In this document: in pieces, positions 52,736 through 64,000 of the stretch
Layout of the letters: the number at the start of each line of letters is the position of its first letter
Position numbering within the stretch: position 1 is the first letter of the stretch
Source: Octopus sinensis
Lineage: Eukaryota
NCBI RefSeq assembly: GCF_006345805.1
Contig: NC_043006.1
Location: forward strand, 32,364,001-32,428,000
Length of the DNA stretch: 64,000 nucleotides
Direction of reading: 5' to 3'
Made by a program: the position numbers and the translations under genes
The notes under the pieces: generated by a model
The model's input: the letters and a program-made list of their open reading frames with translations, nothing else
What the model was told of the DNA's origin: nothing
The model's database searches: none

Positions 52736-52860
52736 GTGTGTGGGTGTGTGTCCGACCATCACTTGACATCCAATGTTGGTGTGTTTACGTCCCCGTAACT
52801 TAGCGCTTCGGCAAAAGAGACCGATATAACAAGTCCTGGGGTCGATTTGTTCTACTAAAG
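52440..52860 (+). mobile_element. SINE family B lacking its head, with an inverted duplication of its 5' ~90 bp
   Basis: 52440-52530 is the reverse complement of 52539-52629 around an 8-bp spacer. Confidence 0.9.
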
Positions 52861-52923
52861 TATTTATGATTATCCGTCTGCCGTTCTTTTGCTTGGTTTT
52901 GTTATGAATTCCGTTAATTATTA

Positions 52924-52993
<70 letters not shown>

Positions 52994-53432
52994 CACTTTC
53001 ATCATCGTCTTTTAATTCTGTTTCCTTTTCTTGCCTTCCTGACACCTAAGGCAGAGCCATGCGCTGTATACATGTGTAGGACATTAAAATAATCACAACA
53101 TATTGTTCATTTACAAAGTTATGTGATAGAAAAAAGGGAATGAAAGACAGAAAGAAAAAGGAAAAATATAATATTTAAAAGTAAACAAAGAAAATAAAGA
53201 GAAAGAAATTTCACATCGACAATGTTCTTCTCAATACGTGTGACGTCACAGTTAATACAATTTTTGGCATTTCCTGCATGGATAGTAAGCCAGGGATCAT
53301 TCTCAAATAATTTTCAGTTCCTTTACTGATCGTTTTAAGTGCTCCTACAATCAGTGGTATTGTAACCGTCTTGAGACGCTATCTTTGCTTCAACTACTGT
53401 GAGGTATTATTAAATGTTGTTTTTTTATCAAA

Positions 53433-53490
<58 letters not shown>

Positions 53491-53716
53491 TATTTTTATT
53501 GTGTACTTTCACTTCACTACCGAGCGCAGTTCTGTGTGCCTTGGGTATGTGCTGTGATTTGTTGTAATGCTCTGATGGTTACTGTATTGAAAGTGTTTTG
53601 TATTGAAAGTGCAATTTTCTCTGTATGTTATATATATTTGTAAGTCCCGGTGTTTTTCTTATGTATTTGTCTGAATATTTTTTATCATACTTAATGCGCC
53701 TACTATGATAGGAATT
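53491..53716 (-). mobile_element. R4/Dong 3' end (same subfamily as 24046-24588) inside (TTA)n
   Basis: Reverse complement reads IPIIVGALSMIKKYSDKYIRKTPGL plus a 3' UTR matching 24470-24585; (TTA)n on both sides. Confidence 0.9.
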
Positions 53717-53745
53717 ATTTTATCATTATTATTATCATTATTATA

Positions 53746-53811
<66 letters not shown>

Positions 53812-53904
53812 GTTGTTGTTGTTGTTGTTGCTGTTGTCGTTGTTGTTGTTATTATTATTATTATTATTTAATTTTCAATATTTGTTCTTTAAGGATAATA
53901 ACGT

Positions 53905-54490
53905 TTTTGCAATAGAATATCTTTGGAGAAAAACACCTGCTTACTGATAAAAATTGCAGTCCCTTCTGATCAAAATATTGTCAAAATACAAGTGAAGAAA
54001 TTATCGAAATACAAACACCTCGACATTGATGTATTCAAAATGGGGAGCTTGAAGGTAAGACAGTACCAATGGTAATTGAAGCATTGGGCATGATAAAAAA
54101 TGTAGAAGCTGTACCTGGACCCTCATCACTACATACTGTCCAACGATAGCCCTACTAGGAACAGCCCACATCCGACGAAAGACACTATTAATCTAATATT
54201 ACAACCTAAACAAAACAACCGACAAATACAAGACACACTCTATAAAGCATTTATCCAGTGAAATAAACTCCCACCAGCAAGCTAGAAAACCAAGGCATTA
54301 CACAATCAACACACAATACATGTAGTAACACAACAAGAGACATCACCACACCTCAAGAAAAAAAACTAACACAATACAGTACCAGGAAGTGTTCGCACAT
54401 TCCCAACAGCAGAAAAGAACACAAAAACTACACCCCACCCAGCAACATGCAGGTGATGCAGTAGAAATTTGCCTCAATCTACCAAATATT
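53905..54490 (+). mobile_element. Old R4/Dong 3' fragment
   Basis: TCLLIKIAVPSDQNI..KKLSKYKHLDID..VPMVIEALGMIK..ALLGTAHIRRK; ends in (TAA)n. Confidence 0.78.
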
Positions 54491-54494
54491 GAAC

Positions 54495-54611
<117 letters not shown>

Positions 54612-55540
54612 TGCTACGTGCCACATACTCTCTATGCCAAATATGTGGCCCGTAGCAAACAAGTTGATATAGACCAGAAGCATACCCATCTGTGACTACG
54701 GAACTCAGGGCTCAAGGCAGAGAGTGAAAGCTTTATCTTGGCTGCCCAAGATCAGATCTTATTGACCCGGAACTATCAAGCAAGCGTGATAAAAATGGTG
54801 TAGACGTAAGGTTTGGCTGTAGAGTACAAAGCAAGAAATAACAGAGTTGGTCAATATCTACATAGGATAATGTGTCGGGATTGTAGAATCAAAACTGCTG
54901 ACAAATGGTACAAGCACCACCCTGAGGTTGTAACTGAGGGAGAAAATGTAGCTATTCTTTGGGACTTCCCGGTATGTAAAGACTGGACCATCAATGCAAA
55001 TAAACCAAATATTGTTGTGAAAGATCAAAACAATAAAGTCTTGTTAGTGATTGACATGACCATACTCTGTGACCATATCTCGACAAAAGAATTTGATAGG
55101 CTCCAAAAATATAAAGATTTGCTAATAGAAATCGAAAAGGTGTGGCATCTCAAGACAGTTACAATACCAGCGATTGTAGGAGCACTTGGAATGATCAAAC
55201 TAGGAACTGAAAATTATTCAAGAATGATCTCTGGCTTACTATCCATGCAGGAGGGGCAAAAGATTGTCTTAACTGGTACGGCACACGTATTGAGAAGTGG
55301 ATGTGTCGCTGTGAATTTTCCTTCCTTTTCCCCATTTATTTTACTTGTTTACTTTTTTTATTTTTCATTTTTCTCTTTTCTCTCTATTTTCCCCTTTTTA
55401 TCTATCACATGCCTTTGTAAATAAACAATCTGGTGGGTATATTTTAATGGCCTACCAATGTATACATTGCGTGTCTCTGCCTTAGGTGGGTGCCAGTAAG
55501 ACACCTGGCAAGAACTGGAAACAGAACTGAAAGAAGATGC
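54612..55540 (+). mobile_element. R4/Dong 3' fragment (post-RT region, deleted CCHC, REL domain)
   Basis: GLKAESESFILAAQDQ.L.TRNYQ; ORF 54813-55424 with WYKHHPE..ILWDFPV..ANKPNIVV..KYKDLLIEI..IPAIVGALG..GTAHVLR; ends in (TAA)n at 55541. Confidence 0.9.
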
Positions 55541-55573
<33 letters not shown>

Positions 55574-55596
55574 TGATGATGATGATGATGATAATA

Positions 55597-55681
<85 letters not shown>

Positions 55682-56035
55682 TGATGCATGGTATGATGAA
55701 TCATGCATTTTGAAACATATATAGTGCATAACTGCTTCTTCTATTTATTTCGTTCACACCCATGTACACACACACACACACACACACGCACACGTTTGAT
55801 TTCACTGCAGTGGAGAAGAAATTCTTGCTTTAGGTAAAAAGATGTACAAACAACTTAGTCACCTCAAAACGCTCTCTATGGAATGGTAGATACATTTCTA
55901 GCTTTTCACCAGATACGATGTGACATGACTCTGGGGTGACTGAAAAACCTAGCTTTAAGAAAAATCGATAGATATTATTTAATAATTTGTGCGCGTAGGC
56001 TGGGCTGCCAAACCGGAAGAAATCGTTGCTTAACG

Positions 56036-56082
<47 letters not shown>

Positions 56083-58798
56083 ATATTATATATATATATA
56101 TATATTTATATATACTTACATACATGCATATAAGCATACACTATATACATGTAAATACACATACATGCGGATACATCCATGTATATATATACGTCCGTAG
56201 ACGAACTCGTGTTTACATGTCACAGAAAACATAGTTATAAAAAGTGCGGTGGGAGTCCGTACGAATTTATTTTAAATTATTTAGAAGAACATGATGTACA
56301 GGCTTTGAAATACGGAAGTCAAACTCTAAAGGAAAGACAAGCTAACGTAACGGTAGAGATCTTTGAATCTGTATATTCAATGCATTTAGTAAATAGTCAA
56401 TAATTGATCAAGACAAGTAACGCTTCAGATCTAATCCGTTTCATTGGGATAATTCGATAAGACAGTTCAATATATTTCATACATTAAAAGATCAAAGATT
56501 ACAAAGCAATTACTTCGATATGTCGCTTCAGATTTTCTTTCAAAGTATTGGTTGAAAATATTGATACTACTGTGCTCTTGAGAAATGTTATTAAAATTTT
56601 CTTTCACGACATAGTGAGTTTCTACTAGGATTCTATTTAACTGAGCTGAAAGTTTGTAGTGTTAGAGACTGTTTTCATGAAACTGCATTACGTTTATAAT
56701 GGTGTCAATTTATTGTGATTTTCGGTAAAGTTGTTATTTTTACATTGCTGAAATTTTGTTAAAAGTTAAATGGATAGATAAGACTTTTTTAAGCCAACGA
56801 ATATATTTGTGGCATTGGCGCAATGCTGAAAAAGCTAAGCACGCCTTTGTAGGCATCATCAGATATTTCGGACAGAGCTTTCAAGAACTTTCTGTCAAAT
56901 AGCCCAATTCTTTCAAAACTTTTAAATGATAAACACTGAAAATCGTAATTTATCTGCCATAAGTGATGTGATTTTAGATTGAATATTTTTTACATTATAT
57001 TGCATTACATAAACATTAGCATGACAAAACTGATTTTAAGTCAAGTTATTATTTTTACATTTCTGAGTCTTAGAACTTCTGAAAGACTAAATATAACTTC
57101 CAGACACGAAATATGTTTCAGAACACATCATATTGAATGTATTTTTGTTGAGTTAATTTCTTATAAAAGACTAACTTTAAAAATAAAAGCCAACCATTTA
57201 ATATTTATAGTCTACACTCGTAAGTACATTTCGAAAATGTAAATATATAGTTAACCTACATTCCACACATTTAATTACGTTTTGAAAAAGTAGATATACA
57301 CAGTGATGCATAAATTAACTGTCACGTGCATCTTTTAGATATGGTATTAAAAACTTGATATTTAATCACATTCTAACATTTTGGTGGGTATATGTTACAG
57401 TTTGTAATGCTTTGTTAGAATTTTTATAAAAAATTATATTTTATAAAAGTAACCGAAACTAAGCTGTAGAAAATATTCTTTTAATGTACGAGTGTTTATC
57501 AAACTGCAGTTAACACGAAGGCAGCCTTGCAACTAGAACTTTTCTCTACGTCTGTTTCAGACGATAATGATACTGGTGCCATGATACCGTGATTTGTAAT
57601 CCATTTACTATCTTTAGATTGCTATGAGTTTAGAGAATAATGACACTTTTGTCACGAGACCATGATTTTATATTAAAGGTGGAGTAACTGCAGCCAACAG
57701 AAAAAATACGTTTTAAGGAAAATTATTTTCTCTGTTGATTAGATTTTATTAAAATTCTACCTGCTTAACTAATTGGACGTTTTAGAAACGACTATTTTTA
57801 CATTACTTGGGCTACACTTATAATTACTTTCGTAAACTGTAAATGTAAACTGCAATCTATCGTATGCATTTATTTGTCGCAATATGCTCACCTTTCGAAA
57901 CTGTTATATTTAACTCACCTTTGCCATGACAAAAGAGTTGCTTTTAAAAAATTTAGAGTAGTCGTTACAATTTGTTTATATTTTAAAATAAAAATGTTTT
58001 AGTGGTATAAAATGTTCTTAAAGTGACTCTGTCAGATGCAGTCTTCCAACACAAAATGTTATTTATTTTAGTTTAAATGATAATGATACTAATAACTTGA
58101 CACTAATGTCATATGTTTCGATGAAGTGGTTCATACATCGCGTAATTTTAAACAATGGTACTCGTGTAATGACACCGTGATGTTGTATCAAGTTATTATT
58201 TTTTTTAATTTATGTCATTTTATACGATAAGGATACTGTCACGAAGTGGTTATACTTACATTGCTGTGATTTTTCGATAACTATCACGACACGACTTGTG
58301 ATAGCATATAGTGACAACTCTATGAGAAGATTAAAAAAGTGTGGTTCAGGTCAAATGTTTATCTGGACTGTGGATGCTGAATGTTTATTGAGTAAATATC
58401 TTCAAAATGTGATTGACTGATTCGAACAACGCTCAAGAAGCTTGCAGTTTTTACCTCATAATACCTCTCCTAAAGTAGGGAAACACATAACTAATACAAA
58501 AAGAGCGCGTACTTTTATTTTGCATCTCAATTATTTTTATATAGATGCTTTTATGAACTTTGCTCACAAGAACACGCTAGTACTTCTACATTTTTAATCT
58601 AGAAAATCTCGTCTGTCCATGAACGTTGCATTTACCATTAAATATTTAATACATTTATTTTTGTTTACACCCAGGAATCAGTAAGATATTAATATGTCAC
58701 ACTATCTTTTAAAGAATATTCCAATATAATTGTGTTTGACAGTGTTGTGTTATTTTTGCATCATTTTAGTTCAAGATTCTCAAATACCACTTCTGTTA

Positions 58799-59181
58799 TC
58801 TCTCTATATATAAACGGCAGTTTGTCTGTGCGTTTTCTGTGTGTCTGTTTTCTCGTACCCTCACCCTGACCACGGCTTTCAACCGATTCTGATGAAACTT
58901 GACACACACATAGCCCAATGTTATAATTCAAAACTAACGCAGCGAAAATTTTGAAAAGTTCCCGCAGTTCTGAAAAAAATCGATAAATTCGACATGGGGT
59001 CGAGAATCAGAAACCCAAACCACAGACCGTCTAGGAGACGCAACTCCACCTGTTTTAACTCTCAAAAAAATTTACCATCATTTTTTTTCCATTTTTTTGC
59101 TATTTTTTGGCTATAACTCTCTAAAAATGCTTTATAGTTATTTCCCTTACAAATCTGAGCAACGCCGGGCGATACTGCTAG
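58799..59181 (+). mobile_element. Non-autonomous Helitron, 383 bp
   Basis: A|TCTCTCTATATATAAA...GAGCAACGCCGGGCGATACTGCTAG|T; no TSD; same length as the 41843-42225 copy. Confidence 0.93.
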
Positions 59182-60282
59182 TTGTAAATATTTTTATGAA
59201 ATATTTCTTTTTATCAATAATTACTATGAGTTGTGTATTTGTACTGGTAATTTTTCATTTTATTCTATAGCGAATTCTTAAATTTTCATTTATATCAAAA
59301 TTAATTATAGTTTAGTTGCGTAATATTAAAAGCTAATTATACCATATAGTTAATTCATAGGCTTCCACTGTTTTCTGCGCTAATGAAATAACTGTTGTCT
59401 CCTATAAATCGTACTAAGACTAGCTTTTTTTCATTACAGTGAAAACATTTTCATAATACTGAATACAATATTCTTTAATACTTTAATAATATTCTTTCAC
59501 CTCTGTTGTGTAACCTTAGATTCAGTCTTTAAATTAAATTCCACCTTTATTCCAATGGAAAGAAATTAATAATTATGATTAAAATTTAAAAAACCCGCTT
59601 AAGTTTAAAATATGCATATCACTTACAGCATCGTGCATAGTGCCATGGTTCCAAATACAACACTTGTTATCCACAAGTACCTATTAAATGGTTATTTAGA
59701 GGTATTTTTAATTACTGTTATATCAGCCTCAAACTGATAATTACGATGTAATCTATGTATGCCAAGAATAGGATTTAAGCATGTTTTTATATGGTTGGAT
59801 TCTGATAGTGTTTAAGGTTGTGCTTACAAAACCAGTCTTACATGCTGTATGTTTATTTAGATGTAGTTTTAATCAATCATACATTTGTCTTTCACCGATA
59901 AACATCACGTAATCTATGAACGCTGTAGGTAAGGTTCTGTTTATATAACACGTCTTTAAACTTATCGTACACAATATAAGATAATCGTGCAGTACAATTG
60001 TTTTATGCAATTGCAAACTTAATGTTTTCATGTAAAAAGAATTTCTTCAATTAATTGTCAAATGCCGCAAGTGTGTTGACAATTAACATCCATTTATTGT
60101 TAAATAACTTATTCTGAAATTTTAATAATAAATGCTGCTCCCCAAAAGAAGTGTTTCTAAATATTCATTTCGCATGATCACAAAATAACTCTGAAACTGG
60201 TGTCATTTCTAGATTTGCATTGTTTAAAAACACTTCATAAATATCCCAGCTACTCTATTTACAAAACCATATGTATGTTTAT

Positions 60283-60364
60283 ACCTACCTACCTACCTAC
60301 CTACCTACCTACCTACCTACCTACCTACCTACCTACCTACCTACCTACCTACCTACCTACCTAC

Positions 60365-60410
<46 letters not shown>
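60283..60410. repeat. (TACC)n(TATC)n compound microsatellite
   Basis: Direct reading. Confidence 0.96.
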
Positions 60411-60411
<1 letters not shown>

Positions 60412-60776
60412 CTATTTTTAAAGAGTTCTCGTCAGAGTGACACACTAATAAGCATGCATTCTGAGTGTTCAAATGCTCAAATAGTTTGAACTGCAGTTGA
60501 AGTTGTGATTTTGTGACTGCCTTATCCAAAGCGGCTGGAAGTGGCTTCCCCTTGAGTCGGTAGGAATAGGTTAAAGTAGAAAGGAAAGGCAAACAATTTA
60601 GCAAGATTTGAGAAGGACATTTAATTCAATTTAGCTATATCAAACCTTTTATTATATAGCTAAATTAAATAAAATGTCTTTGTCAAGTCTTGCCAAATTG
60701 TTTGCATTTTTTTCTATTTTAACCTATTTATATATATGATTGTGAGTGTATCTGTGTATGTGTGTGCGTGTGTGTG

Positions 60777-60883
<107 letters not shown>

Positions 60884-61264
60884 TATGTGTGTGTGTGTGT
60901 GAGTGTTTGTGTGTGTGTCTGTGTGTGTTTCCTTTTACCTGACTATGTGGATGGACGATAACTAGAAATAATGATGAAGGCGATTGCGGTGAACTTTACG
61001 TGGTCCTCGACATGTGAGAAAGAGTAGCCGAACAATTGTTGTGGGAGGGAGCGAATTCAAACATCATCTCGGGATCCACTGAAAATGCATGGATTCTCTT
61101 AACAGCATCTCTGCATCTTGAGGCGACCGATATAATTTATCCTACACTTGTGGAAAAGCTGCAGCGAGCACCATGTATATACCTGCAAAAAAATATATGT
61201 AGATATATGCAAAGAGGATCCGGTTTTTGAAAACAAATGATATTTCTAATAATACTTTTTAATA

Positions 61265-61390
61265 TAGACACAAGACCTGAAATTTTGGGGGAGGAGGCTA
61301 GTACGCAACTGGCACTTAATTTATCGAACCTGAAAGGATGAAAATCAAAGTCGATCCCGGCCGAATTTGAACTCAGAACGTAGCGACGTA
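61265..61390 (-). mobile_element. SINE family A, 5'-truncated with internal deletion
   Basis: AATTTATCGAACCTGAAAGGATGAAA..GAATTTGAACTCAGAACGTA. Confidence 0.85.
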
Positions 61391-61867
61391 GGGTTTACCT
61401 GAGCAAAATTAGAATCAAAGGGATCCATAGGTGAAAAACTGCTTTAGATCATGGAAGCTACGCAATAGCATAAGGTTAATGAGTAATTTCGGAAAGTTTC
61501 CATGCAATGGAAAGGATGACTGATACCAGAATTCTAACCGTACTAACAGAAGTACCATCACGGTTTAGAAGATTTCACTTCCCTCTTCAGCGAAGTTTAA
61601 CTCAATCAATGAATAAATGACAAAGACAAATTGTTCTACTGCTTTTGCTCGGATGTCAACTGATCTTGTAGACACCTACGGTGATCTCGCTTTTCTCTGC
61701 TCCGAGGCATGAGTCGTTACCTGCAATTATCTTCCATCCACACATTTAAATGAAAGGATACACACACACAAACACACACACACACATACATACACACACA
61801 CATGGGCGCGCGTATATGTATGGCGTTTTATATAGAGATGGGATATTAGTGAAGTAATTTTAAACAA

Positions 61868-62180
61868 TGACGTATGGCTCATGGGTTAGAGTGTCGCCTT
61901 CACAATCATAACGTAGTGAGTTCAATTCCCGCATCGGGCTGTGTGTTGTGTTCTTGAGCAAGACACTTTATTTTATGTTGCTCCAGTTTACTCGGCTGTA
62001 GAAATGAGTTGTGACGTCACTGGTGTCAAGTTGTGTCAGCCCCTTTGCCTTTCCCTCAGTGGTATGGTGAGGGGAGGTTGGTATCCAAGGGTGACTGCTG
62101 GTCTTCCATAAACAAACTTGCCCCGACTTGTGCCTCAGTGCTATCCGATGGTCATTAATGACCGAAGGGGGTCTTTACTC
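61868..62180 (+). mobile_element. tRNA-derived SINE (third family)
   Basis: TGGCTCATGGGTTAG A-box-like, GAGTTCAATTCC B-box-like, GTTGTGTTCTTGAGCAAGACACTTTA core and (TTTACTC)n tail. Confidence 0.82.
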
Positions 62181-62383
62181 TTTACTCTTTAAGTTAATGG
62201 CAGTCGTTGTTGGGTTTGTCTCTATTAGTGTTTGTGAGAGAAAGAAGATAATTCTTGTTAATACAGAAACCATAATTTATGGGGCAGATGTCACCACTAC
62301 AGACCCTTCGGGAGTGACACACATGCAGTACTCACGCATCACCAAATAAAAAACTAAGCAGAGGTTCTTTACTTGTATAATGA

Positions 62384-62447
<64 letters not shown>

Positions 62448-62563
62448 TTAACAAGACAAGAAACAATTGTAGTGGCGGTTTTTTTTGACTATTTATTAAA
62501 ATTTTATGTATTGATTAAGTCTTTCCTTGTTTGTTTTGCAAAATAGTGGTTTTGTCTCTAATA

Positions 62564-62620
<57 letters not shown>

Positions 62621-63072
62621 ATTAAAAAATTAAATCATCAAAATTAATGAATTTTATCAGTGGTCAGCATATAAAAACATTTTACGTAAAATACATTTAC
62701 AGAGATATATAATTGTATAGGGTACAATCATACTTATTGTGCCCTATATATATATGTATATATACACACACACATTTATATATATGTATACATATACATG
62801 TATGTATGCATATATGTATATGTATACATATATATATATATGTATGTATATATACATGTATGTATATATGTGGATATAAAACTGTGTATAAATTCACCTT
62901 CTTCCCAATCTGTTATGAACTATACTTTGAAGAATATTGATTTTTATGTTTCTCTGCATCTATTTCCGTCAATGCAAATTAATTTTTCCATTCTAAGTCT
63001 GAGCGTATATATAATTAATGTAAACTTACACACATACACACACACACACACACACGCGCGCGCAATCACACA

Positions 63073-63103
<31 letters not shown>

Positions 63104-63219
63104 CCATTTATGTACTTTTAAAAACTGCAGCGTTAAACCATGAAATATGTGCAAAAAACTATTGGGAGCAATTTCGAAATTTATGTCTGAAAAATTGTTT
63201 GAACTCCAGTCATATATCT

Positions 63220-63430
63220 GCATACATACATACATACATACATACATACATACATACATACATACATACATACAACATACATACATGCATACATACATAC
63301 ATACATACATACATGCATACATACATGCATGCATGCATACATACAAGCATACACACATACATACATACATGCATGCATACATACATACATACATTCATAT
63401 ATACATACATACATACATTCATACATACAT

Positions 63431-63461
<31 letters not shown>

Positions 63462-63563
63462 TACATACATACATACATTCATACATACATACATAATACA
63501 TACATACATACATACATACATACATACATACATACATACATACATACGTACATACATACGTAC
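63220..63563. repeat. Long degenerate (TACA)n microsatellite
   Basis: Direct reading; source of the IHTY/MYVC ORFs. Confidence 0.96.
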
Positions 63564-63796
63564 ATTGATGTGAAAACCCGAAAAATACTGTTTTGAGTCT
63601 GTTGGTTTGTAGTAAATCTCGGTTGCAATTTGTTTGTTGACTTTTTAAAAATCAAAATGTCCAGAAATGAGAGCCGTTCCTTGCTATACTTATTATATTA
63701 TATTTTTTCCACGTATTTTCAACTCATAATTTTGCCACGTGGCGTATACTAAATCTTCAGTTCCTTTGCACATTGTATATTTTTATATTTCTCTCC

Positions 63797-63853
<57 letters not shown>

Positions 63854-64000
63854 ACATATGAATTCGTGTACGTGTGAGCGTGCACAGGTATATATATGTA
63901 TTTATGTATGTATCTGTGAATGCACGCGTGCGCATGTGCGTGTAAATTATTTTCACTCGTTGAGCGTCCGCATCAAATTTAACACTTTAAATTTAATCTA

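Noticed and set aside
56270-57720. Possible small exons (AG|AAGAACATGATG... near 56283; TTTCAG|ACGATAATG... near 57560)
   Set aside because: Acceptor-like signals are common in AT-rich DNA; donors are weak, frames do not join and I recognise no protein.

Overview
AT-rich, repeat-dense animal genomic DNA. I cannot support any intact protein-coding gene; almost all ORF-track entries are microsatellite read-through or decayed transposon ORFs. The SINE families look like octopus repeats (inference from recognition, not a search). Contents: (1) at least three tRNA-headed SINE families; (2) decayed DNA transposons: two Tc1 copies (one DD34E with ~140-bp TIRs and an apparent 119-bp intron), two mariner remnants, a Chapaev3-like element, two hAT/Charlie-type MITEs and three non-autonomous Helitrons; (3) non-LTR retrotransposon remnants: six R4/Dong-type fragments, the 3'-end ones mostly embedded in (TAA)n, an RTE fragment and a Penelope-like RT-thumb/GIY-YIG fragment; (4) five long fold-back palindromes, all touching (TA)n tracts. 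The most notable signal is a set of type I hammerhead ribozyme motifs. One sits in each arm of two ~98%-identical 0.8-0.9 kb palindromes, and a variant (U3) 43-nt motif forms the core of a ~340-bp inverted-repeat element present three times. Both point to Penelope-like retroelement derivatives.
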